Assembly (NCBI GenBank): GCA_046598345.1
Contig: JBKJIT010000003.1
Span: forward strand, 5,089-69,088
Reading direction: 5' to 3'
DNA length: 64,000 nt
Source of the DNA: Minisyncoccia bacterium
GTDB taxonomy: Bacteria > Patescibacteriota > Minisyncoccia > Phycocordibacterales > UBA918
Shown here: positions 35,282 through 44,281 of the stretch, in pieces
Position numbering within the stretch: position 1 is the stretch's first letter
How the letters are laid out: each line of letters starts with the position of its first letter
Position numbers and translations under genes: made by a program
Notes under the pieces: generated by a model
Seen by the model: only the letters and a program-made list of their open reading frames with translations
Databases searched by the model: none
Told to the model about the DNA's origin: nothing

Positions 35282-37489
35282 TTATTTTCCAAATTGAACT
35301 CCCAATGCAGAACTGAGCCAATTGTCTGCCGCGCTAAGGTAGGCGGCGTTAGGTAACGGAGGACCGCCCGCAGCTATTGCCGCGTTGTTTGCAGCGATAG
35401 CTGTTTCGAGTTGGGTCCTAATATGTGCCTGATCGACGGTATTTATTGTTGAGTCTTGAGCTATCTTAGCCAGAGCATTTACGGGAATTTCAGTGCTAAT
35501 CAGTTTCAATACTTCTGCGGGCATTTTTGCAATTTCTCCTGATTTTTGTTTAAGTATGTGATCCTTATCAAGTGTTGCTGGTGCCCCTGCTCTCATCGTA
35601 GCAATCGGAATGTTTTGAGCTAGCTGTTTCAGTGCATCTTCGCGTTTTTTAGAAAGATTACCAAACTCAGTTTTTGTAAACTTTTTCTTTAGATCATCCA
35701 TTTGCGAAGAGGTTAGACGTGCTGCATATTCAGGATCCTCAAGGAACTTTGCTCCAAGCCATTCAAGGTGCTCTGCACTTGCTTTCGCGAGAGAATCACG
35801 ATCTGCTTCGTATATCGCTTTAATTGCATCAGATTTCTTACCTTTAATTTTATTTTTTTCTTCCTCACTGAGTTCAGTGCTCTTGTCGAGTCCCTCAATT
35901 TGGCTTGTAGACAAGTCAGCCGCAATTGCTTCTCGCTCTTCTTGGCTGAGTCCCTCAAGGATCTTTGTGGTGGCGTCTGCAACTGCTCGCTCTTTTTTAA
36001 TACGAGCTACATCCCCAGCACTCCCCAGTGGCGCAGCTACACCCCCTGCGATAGCATCTTTGAGTTTTGCTTTTTCGCCACTCACCGTTCGCTCATTTTT
36101 AATCTCCTTTTTTTCCTTTTTTGCTTCTACACGTGACTGGGAGCTACCAAACTTAGCTTCTGCTCCCGCATGTGCAGCACCATACACTCCCGTTCCTCTC
36201 ATAAGACCCGCAGCTCGCTGTTGCCATTTATTATCGCTTTTACGCATATCTTCTTGTTTGTGTGCAATTGCATAGCCCAATCGTCCCACAGTGTTTCTCC
36301 CGGCAAATCCTTGAATACCCCCACGGATTTTGTTTGACCAGTCCTTTCCAAGTGACATTGCCTTGTCGGCACCCTTGATGCCAAATTCCTGTGCAATTTT
36401 GAGAGAAAAGATCAAGAACATGATGCTGATAATAAAAAGTAAGACGACATCAAACATTCCTGCGGAAGCAGCGGGGTTTCCTGCAAGTTGACCACTTCCT
36501 GAAAGGGCATCGGAAAGAGATTTCACTGGGTTTCCTTTTGCATCCAAATAATTTAGTGATTTGAACGCCCCATCAAGAATGTGAATAGAAATAAGAAGCA
36601 AAAATATGTATGCAGGTGCAAAGAAAGAGTAACTAATCAGTTTCGAAATAAGATCGTCCGCGTACTTTTTAGTTTGGGGAAATACTCTGGCCGCAAAAAT
36701 AATTGGGGAAAACACCATAATCAGTACAAGCGCAACGAAGCGGACAATGAGGAGAATGCCTCCTGCTGCAAGGACAAACCCCGCGATCATGAGAAACACT
36801 GCTCCCATCACAAAGAAGGCAAAACTCCCGCCGCCGGTGAGCTTGGCCGTTGCCTCTGGCTCCATGGTATTCCAGAAGGTTTGAATCCCCATAAGGCTTG
36901 CAAATTTTTCTGATATGTTTTTGTTGGTTGATCCCTTCAGCATGGTGGTGTAGGTCTCCACAGCAATGTAGTTTGAAACATCGATGACCACTTTTGTGAA
37001 AAAGAGACTGAAGTTAATGAGGAGAGCACCGATGATGATCGCGGCAAGCGTGCGTTTCACGTCAGCACTTTCTGAATCAAGGATGGTCCTGATACCCAAG
37101 TAAATAAATCCAAAGATAAAGGCAAGGTTCGCAAGGTCACGAATAGTAGTCCAGGCTGAATTAATAGCAACACCAAGATCCCCCTTCACTAATGCACCTA
37201 ACCCAAGCACCAACTTATCAATCGAAACTTCAAGAATCATTCCCCCCACCCACGTAGCCCGAGAGGCAACATAGAGAATCATGTTTCCGATTGTGTTTCC
37301 CATCATTGAGAGGATGTCCACTCCTCCTTGGGCTGCTGCTCCTCCTGCCACGGCAGCGGGGGGTGCAACCTCACCGGCCGCAAAAACAGTGTGTACTTCC
37401 AGAAAAAGTGCTGAAAACACAAATACGCAAGATAAAATTCCTAGAAGAATTTTTTGAATTTTTGTGTTGTGAGTGTTAACGGCAACCAT
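35282..37489 (-). CDS. VirB6/TrbL-like polytopic membrane protein with long C-terminal hydrophilic extension
   Basis: Signal/TM N-terminus, at least 6 TM helices in the first 400 aa, then a charged coiled region (K/E/A-rich). Confidence 0.55.
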   Translation of the reverse strand: MVAVNTHNTKIQKILLGILSCVFVFSALFLEVHTVFAAGEVAPPAAVAGGAAAQGGVDILSMMGNTIGNMILYVASRATWVGGMILEVSIDKLVLGLGALVKGDLGVAINSAWTTIRDLANLAFIFGFIYLGIRTILDSESADVKRTLAAIIIGALLINFSLFFTKVVIDVSNYIAVETYTTMLKGSTNKNISEKFASLMGIQTFWNTMEPEATAKLTGGGSFAFFVMGAVFLMIAGFVLAAGGILLIVRFVALVLIMVFSPIIFAARVFPQTKKYADDLISKLISYSFFAPAYIFLLLISIHILDGAFKSLNYLDAKGNPVKSLSDALSGSGQLAGNPAASAGMFDVVLLFIISIMFLIFSLKIAQEFGIKGADKAMSLGKDWSNKIRGGIQGFAGRNTVGRLGYAIAHKQEDMRKSDNKWQQRAAGLMRGTGVYGAAHAGAEAKFGSSQSRVEAKKEKKEIKNERTVSGEKAKLKDAIAGGVAAPLGSAGDVARIKKERAVADATTKILEGLSQEEREAIAADLSTSQIEGLDKSTELSEEEKNKIKGKKSDAIKAIYEADRDSLAKASAEHLEWLGAKFLEDPEYAARLTSSQMDDLKKKFTKTEFGNLSKKREDALKQLAQNIPIATMRAGAPATLDKDHILKQKSGEIAKMPAEVLKLISTEIPVNALAKIAQDSTINTVDQAHIRTQLETAIAANNAAIAAGGPPLPNAAYLSAADNWLSSALGVQFGK

Positions 37490-37492
37490 ACT

Positions 37493-39076
37493 TTATGGAG
37501 CAAATGGGGTACGCAAATCAACAGCAATTGAACAGTCGGATGCGACGGGGCAGGTAAGTGTCGGTCCAGTCGCATTTCGGACATTCACGTACACAGTGCT
37601 GCCTGGAGTTAAATTCGCCTGTGTTCCTGATACATTTCCATTAATTGAGAAGGTGATGCCGGCGCTCGGCGTTCCACCACTTCGTGTGTCTGGGTATTCT
37701 GTCGTTGTAAAATTACACGGAACGCTGGAGACATTGTATTCGCGAGAGACACTAACGGGTGTCACTGTTTGTCCTTCAGTATCGCTGTACGCTGGCAAAG
37801 TGAAAATATCAACCGTGCCTGCCTTTTTCGGCAATTCCCCATTAAATGAGGCTGGGATCTGGAGCTTGATAGCCACATTAGAATTACCCGCTCCCGTCAT
37901 TAACACTTTTCCCATCTCAACACCATCATCTACTGGCCAATCCAAAATCGCTTCGTAACACGAATTACTCTGAGATCCTACAACAGTCTGGCGCACATCT
38001 TGGTAGGTCGGGGTTTCTGGTCGTGGGGTATTATCCACGTAACTATACCCCTCCGTCGTAGTGGCCAGGGTGCTACTTCCCACCCTATCGAGATAACTAA
38101 GTCCACTCCCGTTCTTTGAATTCGTAAGACCAACGAGCCCGCCGGCCTCTTTCATTGCCATTTTTGCAAGTTGTGTAAAAAGCGCTGCAATAATTTCGTT
38201 GATTTCGTCTGCAACCATGATGCGATCCACGGGAATGCCAAGAGTTCTATCGAGCGTATCTTTTATGGTGCTTCCTGGTGTGACTGTTTGACACTCTTGT
38301 ACTCCGGCAGCCGGGCCTTCGGTAATGGTAAAACACTCTTGCCTACTTAAAAACCCATTTCCAAAATCAAGACGCTTATACTCCTGCCCGCGTGCGTTAG
38401 AAAGCCGTTCTGAAAGTTCCCATTGCCCCAAAAGCATTGCCCCATACGGATTGTTCTGAGCATTTGTAGTCATTTGAAACCATCCATCCCACCCCCCAGC
38501 GAGGAAATTACCATTCATGAAACTCTCTACATTACTCGTAACTTTTGAAAGTGTACATGCCTGAGCGGAGCCCTTCCCAAAATCTCTTCCGGACTTGTAT
38601 TGCAAATTGAGTGCGAGCTTAATGTCGAGTTGAAGTGGAGAACAAAGAAAGTTGAGTGCCGTGCCTTCGAGAAAGTTCCCTGCAACCTCATCCCCAATGC
38701 CCTGCATAAACCCTCCCAAGTTCGTCACAAACGCTGGACTTCCTTGGAAGCCCGAATTAATCCAGTTGATTGTTTCCTGTGTAAGTTGTTGAAGGATAAG
38801 GTTAACTGCATACCAGGCAACGCCATCAAGCCAACCCTCTTTCATTTTAAGATATTCATTCGCCCAGGCAGAAATTGCTGCCTGTGCACCGGTGTACCAC
38901 GCACCAATTGCAGTCACAGCAGTCTCTATATCTGCGATTAAATCTGCGACTATCCATTGTGCATTTGCTGTTGGGGTTTTGTGTGTAGGGGCATATGCGC
39001 CACCAATAAGCGAAAGTACAATGAAGAGTGAGAGAATGAACTTTGCACAGCGCTTTGTAAAGAAGTCTTTCATCAT
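37493..39076 (-). CDS. Large secreted protein (527 aa, signal peptide, Cys pairs), T4SS-like operon
   Basis: MMKDFFTKRCAKFILSLFIVLSLIGGAYA signal. ATGA overlap with the upstream gene. Confidence 0.5.
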   Translation of the reverse strand: MMKDFFTKRCAKFILSLFIVLSLIGGAYAPTHKTPTANAQWIVADLIADIETAVTAIGAWYTGAQAAISAWANEYLKMKEGWLDGVAWYAVNLILQQLTQETINWINSGFQGSPAFVTNLGGFMQGIGDEVAGNFLEGTALNFLCSPLQLDIKLALNLQYKSGRDFGKGSAQACTLSKVTSNVESFMNGNFLAGGWDGWFQMTTNAQNNPYGAMLLGQWELSERLSNARGQEYKRLDFGNGFLSRQECFTITEGPAAGVQECQTVTPGSTIKDTLDRTLGIPVDRIMVADEINEIIAALFTQLAKMAMKEAGGLVGLTNSKNGSGLSYLDRVGSSTLATTTEGYSYVDNTPRPETPTYQDVRQTVVGSQSNSCYEAILDWPVDDGVEMGKVLMTGAGNSNVAIKLQIPASFNGELPKKAGTVDIFTLPAYSDTEGQTVTPVSVSREYNVSSVPCNFTTTEYPDTRSGGTPSAGITFSINGNVSGTQANLTPGSTVYVNVRNATGPTLTCPVASDCSIAVDLRTPFAP

Positions 39077-39951
39077 TGTTCAAAAAGATACATAAGTGCA
39101 CCAGCCTCTTCGTTAGAAAAAGAAATGTCGTTAGCTTTAAAAACATTCACCATTTCTCCAGCTGTTGTGAAGAAAGCCTGTAAATCATCTTGGTAACGAT
39201 TTGCGCGCGCAAGACCGAAGAGGGGATCTTCGAACATGCCCTTCATAGCAACGAGATCGAAACGGACTGCCTCATACCCATTTATAAATCCAAGGTGCAC
39301 ATCTATAAGATTCACTGGAGTTGGTACTGCGAGCATCTCTTTGATCATTGTTTCGTACGCATCGATACTTGGTTGGAGTTTTTCAATAAGCTCACGGTCA
39401 TTTGTCTGAAGTGCCTTTAGGAGGGTCTGCCCATTTCCATCCCCAGAGTTGTCGGCGGGATACATGCCTACAATGCGGAAAATTTCATTTGCATACATGC
39501 GCATGCTTTCTTCCGAGACAGGAATGATGGTGAGCTCAAGTCGTGAATGCCGTTTACTTTCGGTATTTTGTTCGATTGCTTCCACCGCAGTGTCTATAAA
39601 TGCCGTGGGATCTTCAAACGATTCCCCACTCCCCTTACGCGACATGTAGTCTTGGAAAAATGCGACCGCAAACTTTCCCGTGAAGGTCGTGGGTGGCGTG
39701 TAGCTCGCCACTCCCGCGAGAAGTGTTGACGATGCTGATACTGAAGGGATGATGTTTTTGCTTATCTCGTCCTCCCAGTCCGGAGTACCATTTTGATCCG
39801 CATCAATTTCCCGGATGTGGTTTTTTTCAGGAGCTTGAATCACCAGTGCTGCTTGCGAAATTGCTTCGTCTCCGGTGCGTGCATAAAAGGCTATTGCGAT
39901 AAGTGCAACACCACAGAGTACCGCTCCTCCTATACGAATAATGCCTTTCAC
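39073..39951 (-). CDS. N-terminally anchored extracytoplasmic protein, first gene of T4SS-like operon (VirB8/TcpC-like topology)
   Basis: TM GGAVLCGVALIAIAFYA followed by a 270-aa soluble domain. Confidence 0.45.
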   Translation of the reverse strand: MKGIIRIGGAVLCGVALIAIAFYARTGDEAISQAALVIQAPEKNHIREIDADQNGTPDWEDEISKNIIPSVSASSTLLAGVASYTPPTTFTGKFAVAFFQDYMSRKGSGESFEDPTAFIDTAVEAIEQNTESKRHSRLELTIIPVSEESMRMYANEIFRIVGMYPADNSGDGNGQTLLKALQTNDRELIEKLQPSIDAYETMIKEMLAVPTPVNLIDVHLGFINGYEAVRFDLVAMKGMFEDPLFGLARANRYQDDLQAFFTTAGEMVNVFKANDISFSNEEAGALMYLFEQ

Positions 39952-40030
39952 GCAAAGGTAAGTTACTCAGTAAGTATACCAAGTGATGTGGATTATCAGG
40001 GTATAACTTTGTTGAAAAGCAGTATATAGA

Positions 40031-40858
40031 TTACTGCGTGCTTTGTGGGTTATCTGTGGAAAGAATTGCGTCAGCGAGTGTAAGCCACGATTCGATAGAA
40101 AGGTCCTCCCCACGAACGTCGAGAGCGAGACCCAGTGTGGAAAAAATGTGGGTAAGCACTGCTCTGTCCATTACTTTTGAAAGATTCCCAAGGAGCTGCT
40201 TGCGTTTTGAGGCAAATCCATGATGAAGGAGCTTAAAAAATTCCTCTTCCCGGAGTTTTGCAAAAGATGCGTGGGAAATGTTCTCAATGAGTAAAATAGC
40301 AGATTCAACGTTCGGTGGTGGTGAAAAATTTCCCCTCCTCACGGTGGTTACGTACTTTGGCTTCCCGTACGCTTTCACACTGAGCGAAAGAAGGGATTCT
40401 TTTTTGTCCCTCGCAATACGCTCCGCAACCTCCTTTTGGACGAGAAATACAATATCGGACGGCTGCATATCGGTCTCGAGAAATATTCGAAAGAGCATCC
40501 CTGAGAGAAAATATGGGATATTCGCTACTACTTTGTAGGAATGTTCAGGTAGCTTAAGGTCGTGGAGGGAAAAAGTGCGAATGTCTTTGTGCATGAGCGT
40601 CAGCTGTTTTGATGTCAGGTAGGAAGCAAAATCATTGGTGAGCGATTCGATTGCTCGCAGATCAGTTTCGATGGCGATTACCACCCCTCCCCGTTCAAGT
40701 AACTCCCTCGTCAGTACACCAGTGCCTGGCCCAATTTCCACAATAGTTTCACCTGACACTACGCGTGCAGCGTCCACCATTCGTTTTGGAACGCCGCGGT
40801 TATTCAGAAAATGCTGTCCGAGAGATTTTTTAGGAGCAATTTTTCCAAGCCCTTTCAT
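40031..40858 (-). CDS. rsmA: 16S rRNA (adenine1518/1519-N6)-dimethyltransferase
   Basis: LGQHFLNNRGVPKRMV, EIGPGTGVLT SAM motif. Confidence 0.85.
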   Translation of the reverse strand: MKGLGKIAPKKSLGQHFLNNRGVPKRMVDAARVVSGETIVEIGPGTGVLTRELLERGGVVIAIETDLRAIESLTNDFASYLTSKQLTLMHKDIRTFSLHDLKLPEHSYKVVANIPYFLSGMLFRIFLETDMQPSDIVFLVQKEVAERIARDKKESLLSLSVKAYGKPKYVTTVRRGNFSPPPNVESAILLIENISHASFAKLREEEFFKLLHHGFASKRKQLLGNLSKVMDRAVLTHIFSTLGLALDVRGEDLSIESWLTLADAILSTDNPQSTQ

Positions 40859-40896
40859 TACTGTACTCTGCCTTAAAAATGAGAATTTTGCACGCG

Positions 40897-42846
40897 TTAA
40901 TCAAAAAATATTGTTGTTTCGTAGCCCGATTCACTCGGATTACTGCTTTCAATAAGGTCTTTGCTGATGTCGTGGAGAAAGCACGAGGGCACGTTCACCC
41001 GCTGACTTCCAAAAATAGTGCGAATGTGGGCAAATGAGAGGAACACCTTTTTCCCCGCGCGCGTGAGTGCTACGTAGAAAAGACGGCGCTCCTCCTCTTC
41101 GTCCGTCTTCTCATCTGAAAGTCGCTCATGGGGAAAGAGCCCCTCTTCAAGCCCAGTGATAAATACGTACGGGAACTCGAGTCCCTTTGATGCGTGTACC
41201 GTCATAAGTCGTACGGCGTTTTTCTCCTCCTTTGATTTAAGCTCGTCCTGATCACTTTGGAGTGCGGCATCCTCAAGGAGATGCTCGACGGCTTCCTCGG
41301 GTTCGTATTCTGCGTACTTCGTACCGAGCGTGACGAGCTCTCGTAAGTTTTCAAGTCGTTCGAATCCTTCTTCCCCCTCCGTTTTGAGTGTTTCTTCCAG
41401 GCCCGTACGTTTTAAAATATACTTAAGGGTTTCGGAAACAGGATTTGTAGTTGCATAAAGACGAATCGCTTCCATCATTTCTCCAAATTGTGCAACCTTG
41501 TCCCTCGTGCTCCCTGTAAGCTCGGCACGCTTCCCCTCCACAATTTTCATGAGGGTTACTTTTCCAATACCGCGTGATGGTGTATTAATCACACGGCTGA
41601 GGTCAGCGATACTTTCAGGATTGAGTGCAAGTCGAAGGAAGGAAAGTACATCTTTAATCTCTTTTCGTTCAAAGAAGCGCGTGCCAAGCATTTGGTAGGG
41701 CACGTTGTAGTTAATAAACGCTTCCTCAAGCACGCGCGACTGAAAGTTTGTCCGAAAAAGTACCGCAATCTCTGAGGGGGACACATTATTCTGAATCAAT
41801 TTTTTGGCTGTAAGCGCCACGTACTCGGCTTCTTCTTGCCCTCCCATGGCGGCATAGAGAGAAATCAGCTCCCCCTCGTGATTTTTGGTGAATACGTTTT
41901 TCGGGGGACGGTTTACATTTTTTCCGATGATGTCATTGGATGCAGAAACAATAGTTTGAGTTGAGCGATAGTTTTCCTCGAGCATGACGATTTTTGCAGA
42001 GGGAAAATGTCGTTCGAATTGCATGATGTTTTTAATATCTGCACCGCGCCATGAGTAAATATTTTGATCCACATCCCCCACAACACAGATGTTTTCACGA
42101 GGGCCAACGAGTAACCTTGCAATTTCGTACTGGACGCGATTAGTGTCCTGGTACTCATCTATATGAATATACTGAAAACGCTCTCGATATAACTCAAGAA
42201 TAGGCGGGTGACTCTTGAGAAGGTTGAGTGTTTTGATGAGGAGATCGTCAAAATCAAGCGCCTGCTCTTCTTTAAGTATTCGGTCATAGAGTTTCCACGC
42301 TTCTCCGGCGACTCGCTCAGGGTATGACCGTGCCCCGGCCAGGTAGTCCTCGGGAGAAAGCGCATCACCCTTTGCTTTGGAAATCATACTGAGAAATTTC
42401 CTGGGTTCAAACTGCTTTTCGGTGTATCCCGCTGTTTCTAGGGCTCGTTTCATAGCCCTAGTTGAATCACTACGGTCATAAATGGTAAAATGTCGGCGAA
42501 GTCCTAGTACCTCGTGATGTTCGCGGAGAATTCGTACACCAAGTGAATGGAAGGTTGAAACGGTAGGAGTTCCATCACTCATCGTACGCGCTCCCACAAA
42601 GTGTTTTGCTATAAGCGCGCGTACCCGCTCTCGCATCTCTGCCGCAGCCTTGTTGGTAAAGGTAACTGCGAGAATTCTCTCTGGAGGCACTCCCTTCTCG
42701 ATGATGTGGAGGATACGGTGGGTAATCACCCTCGTCTTCCCAGAGCCGGCTCCAGCAAGCACGAGAAGTGGCCCTTCAGTGTGAAGTACTGCCTCTTTTT
42801 GCGCATTATTTAGGCCTTCGAGATGCTCCGTTGTCATGAAAAACAA
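40897..42846 (-). CDS. pcrA: UvrD/PcrA-family ATP-dependent DNA helicase
   Basis: GAGSGKTRVITHRI Walker A and SF1 helicase motifs. Confidence 0.85.
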   Translation of the reverse strand: MFFMTTEHLEGLNNAQKEAVLHTEGPLLVLAGAGSGKTRVITHRILHIIEKGVPPERILAVTFTNKAAAEMRERVRALIAKHFVGARTMSDGTPTVSTFHSLGVRILREHHEVLGLRRHFTIYDRSDSTRAMKRALETAGYTEKQFEPRKFLSMISKAKGDALSPEDYLAGARSYPERVAGEAWKLYDRILKEEQALDFDDLLIKTLNLLKSHPPILELYRERFQYIHIDEYQDTNRVQYEIARLLVGPRENICVVGDVDQNIYSWRGADIKNIMQFERHFPSAKIVMLEENYRSTQTIVSASNDIIGKNVNRPPKNVFTKNHEGELISLYAAMGGQEEAEYVALTAKKLIQNNVSPSEIAVLFRTNFQSRVLEEAFINYNVPYQMLGTRFFERKEIKDVLSFLRLALNPESIADLSRVINTPSRGIGKVTLMKIVEGKRAELTGSTRDKVAQFGEMMEAIRLYATTNPVSETLKYILKRTGLEETLKTEGEEGFERLENLRELVTLGTKYAEYEPEEAVEHLLEDAALQSDQDELKSKEEKNAVRLMTVHASKGLEFPYVFITGLEEGLFPHERLSDEKTDEEEERRLFYVALTRAGKKVFLSFAHIRTIFGSQRVNVPSCFLHDISKDLIESSNPSESGYETTIFFD

Positions 42847-43205
42847 CTATAGCATGAGCGCTCCTTTGGGGATGTGAAAAGTGTATGAAAAGGCTTTAAG
42901 CCATTATTACACAATAAGATTTAAAGTTTGCATATAGCTACAAAATGGCGTTTCCAAAGGGTTAAATTGAGTTTTTTATCACACTGTGGACAACGATTTT
43001 TGGCAAGGTTGCTACTCGTCCCTATTCCGATATCATAGTGAAGTACTGATGAAGTGGTACAGAAAAAAAGGGGGTCTACGATCCGCTTTTTTATTTCGGT
43101 AATTGCTGTAATGGAAGTATTGCGGAGAGTCCATAACATTTGCATATAGAATCTCACTACAAAAAATCTGATACCTCCCATAAGCGTTCGGGTACAAGAG
43201 GTCAG

Positions 43206-44228
43206 ATGACATACAGTTCATTCAAGCGGGTGTCTTTTGCACCACTTTCGCTCTCTTTACCCGTTCTCGTTGGTATTCTTGTTAATGCCAGCATTTACTT
43301 TGCAATCTACTCAGTGAATGAAAAGGCAGAAGCTGAAGGCTTCGCTGTTTCTCCTATGAATGCGCAGACGATGCCACTTCTTAAAGCAACTCATTCGGTA
43401 CATCAAAATTCTGCGAAAGGAGGGGGCGATATTATTGTTGAGGATGGATCTCTCGTGTCTCCTAATGATGTGAGTGAAAGGGATGACGCAGAAAATGGAA
43501 AGACATCTAATGGTGAGATTAGCCTCTATCTCGTCCGTGAAGGAGATACCCTCTCACAAATTGCCGATATGTTTGAAGTGAGTGCGAAGACGATTCTTTG
43601 GGCAAACGACCTTAAGTCTGCTGGACTCATTAAACCAGGTTCATCACTCGTTATTCTTCCTATTACGGGCGTACGACATATTGTAAAAAAGGGTGACACC
43701 ATAGCGTCAATTGCTAAGAAGTACAGTGGAGACGTCGATGATATTCTTTCGTACAACCAACTTACCTCAGGTAGCGAACTTACGGTTGGAGACACGGTCA
43801 TGATTCCTGATGGCACGATTACTGTACCTACTCCTGCGCGAAGTGCCACCGGAAAGGCTGGAGGAAGTGCAGTTGCAAGTGGGGGGGCACTCTCAAACCC
43901 GCTTCCGGGTGGTGTAAAGACACAGGGAATTCACGGATACAACGGTGTTGATCTATCAGGAGTGCCAGTAGGAAGTTCAGTGGTTGCGGCCGCCGCGGGA
44001 GATGTAATTGTGGCAAAGGGTTCTGGCTGGAATGGTGGGTACGGAGCATACATAGTTATTAAGCATCCAAACGGTACACAAACACTGTACGCTCACCTCT
44101 CAAGTGTGTCTGTTTCCGTAGGGCAGTATGTTGGAAAGGGAGCGGTGATCGGTGGTATGGGTAATAGTGGTCGCTCAACCGGGCCGCACCTACACTTTGA
44201 AGTTCGAGGATCACGGAATCCGTTTTAG
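43206..44228 (+). CDS. Membrane-anchored LysM(x2)-M23 peptidase (peptidoglycan endopeptidase)
   Basis: Two LysM repeats (GDTLSQIADMF..., GDTIASIAKKY...). M23 motifs HGYNGVDL and HLHFEV. TM near the N-terminus. Confidence 0.8.
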   Translation: MTYSSFKRVSFAPLSLSLPVLVGILVNASIYFAIYSVNEKAEAEGFAVSPMNAQTMPLLKATHSVHQNSAKGGGDIIVEDGSLVSPNDVSERDDAENGKTSNGEISLYLVREGDTLSQIADMFEVSAKTILWANDLKSAGLIKPGSSLVILPITGVRHIVKKGDTIASIAKKYSGDVDDILSYNQLTSGSELTVGDTVMIPDGTITVPTPARSATGKAGGSAVASGGALSNPLPGGVKTQGIHGYNGVDLSGVPVGSSVVAAAAGDVIVAKGSGWNGGYGAYIVIKHPNGTQTLYAHLSSVSVSVGQYVGKGAVIGGMGNSGRSTGPHLHFEVRGSRNPF

Positions 44229-44235
44229 AAATATG

Positions 44236-44269
44236 AAAAACCCCGCGGCCGGGAGGCCGCGGGGTTTTT
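44236..44269. terminator. Bidirectional terminator AAAAACCCCGCGGCCGGGAGGCCGCGGGGTTTTT
   Basis: GC-rich perfect hairpin between convergent genes. Confidence 0.75.
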
Positions 44270-44281
44270 CGTAATGTTTTT

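Noticed and set aside
35768-36275. Plus-strand ORFs antisense to the VirB6-like gene
   Set aside because: Shadow ORFs with low-complexity translations (F/L/S/C-rich).
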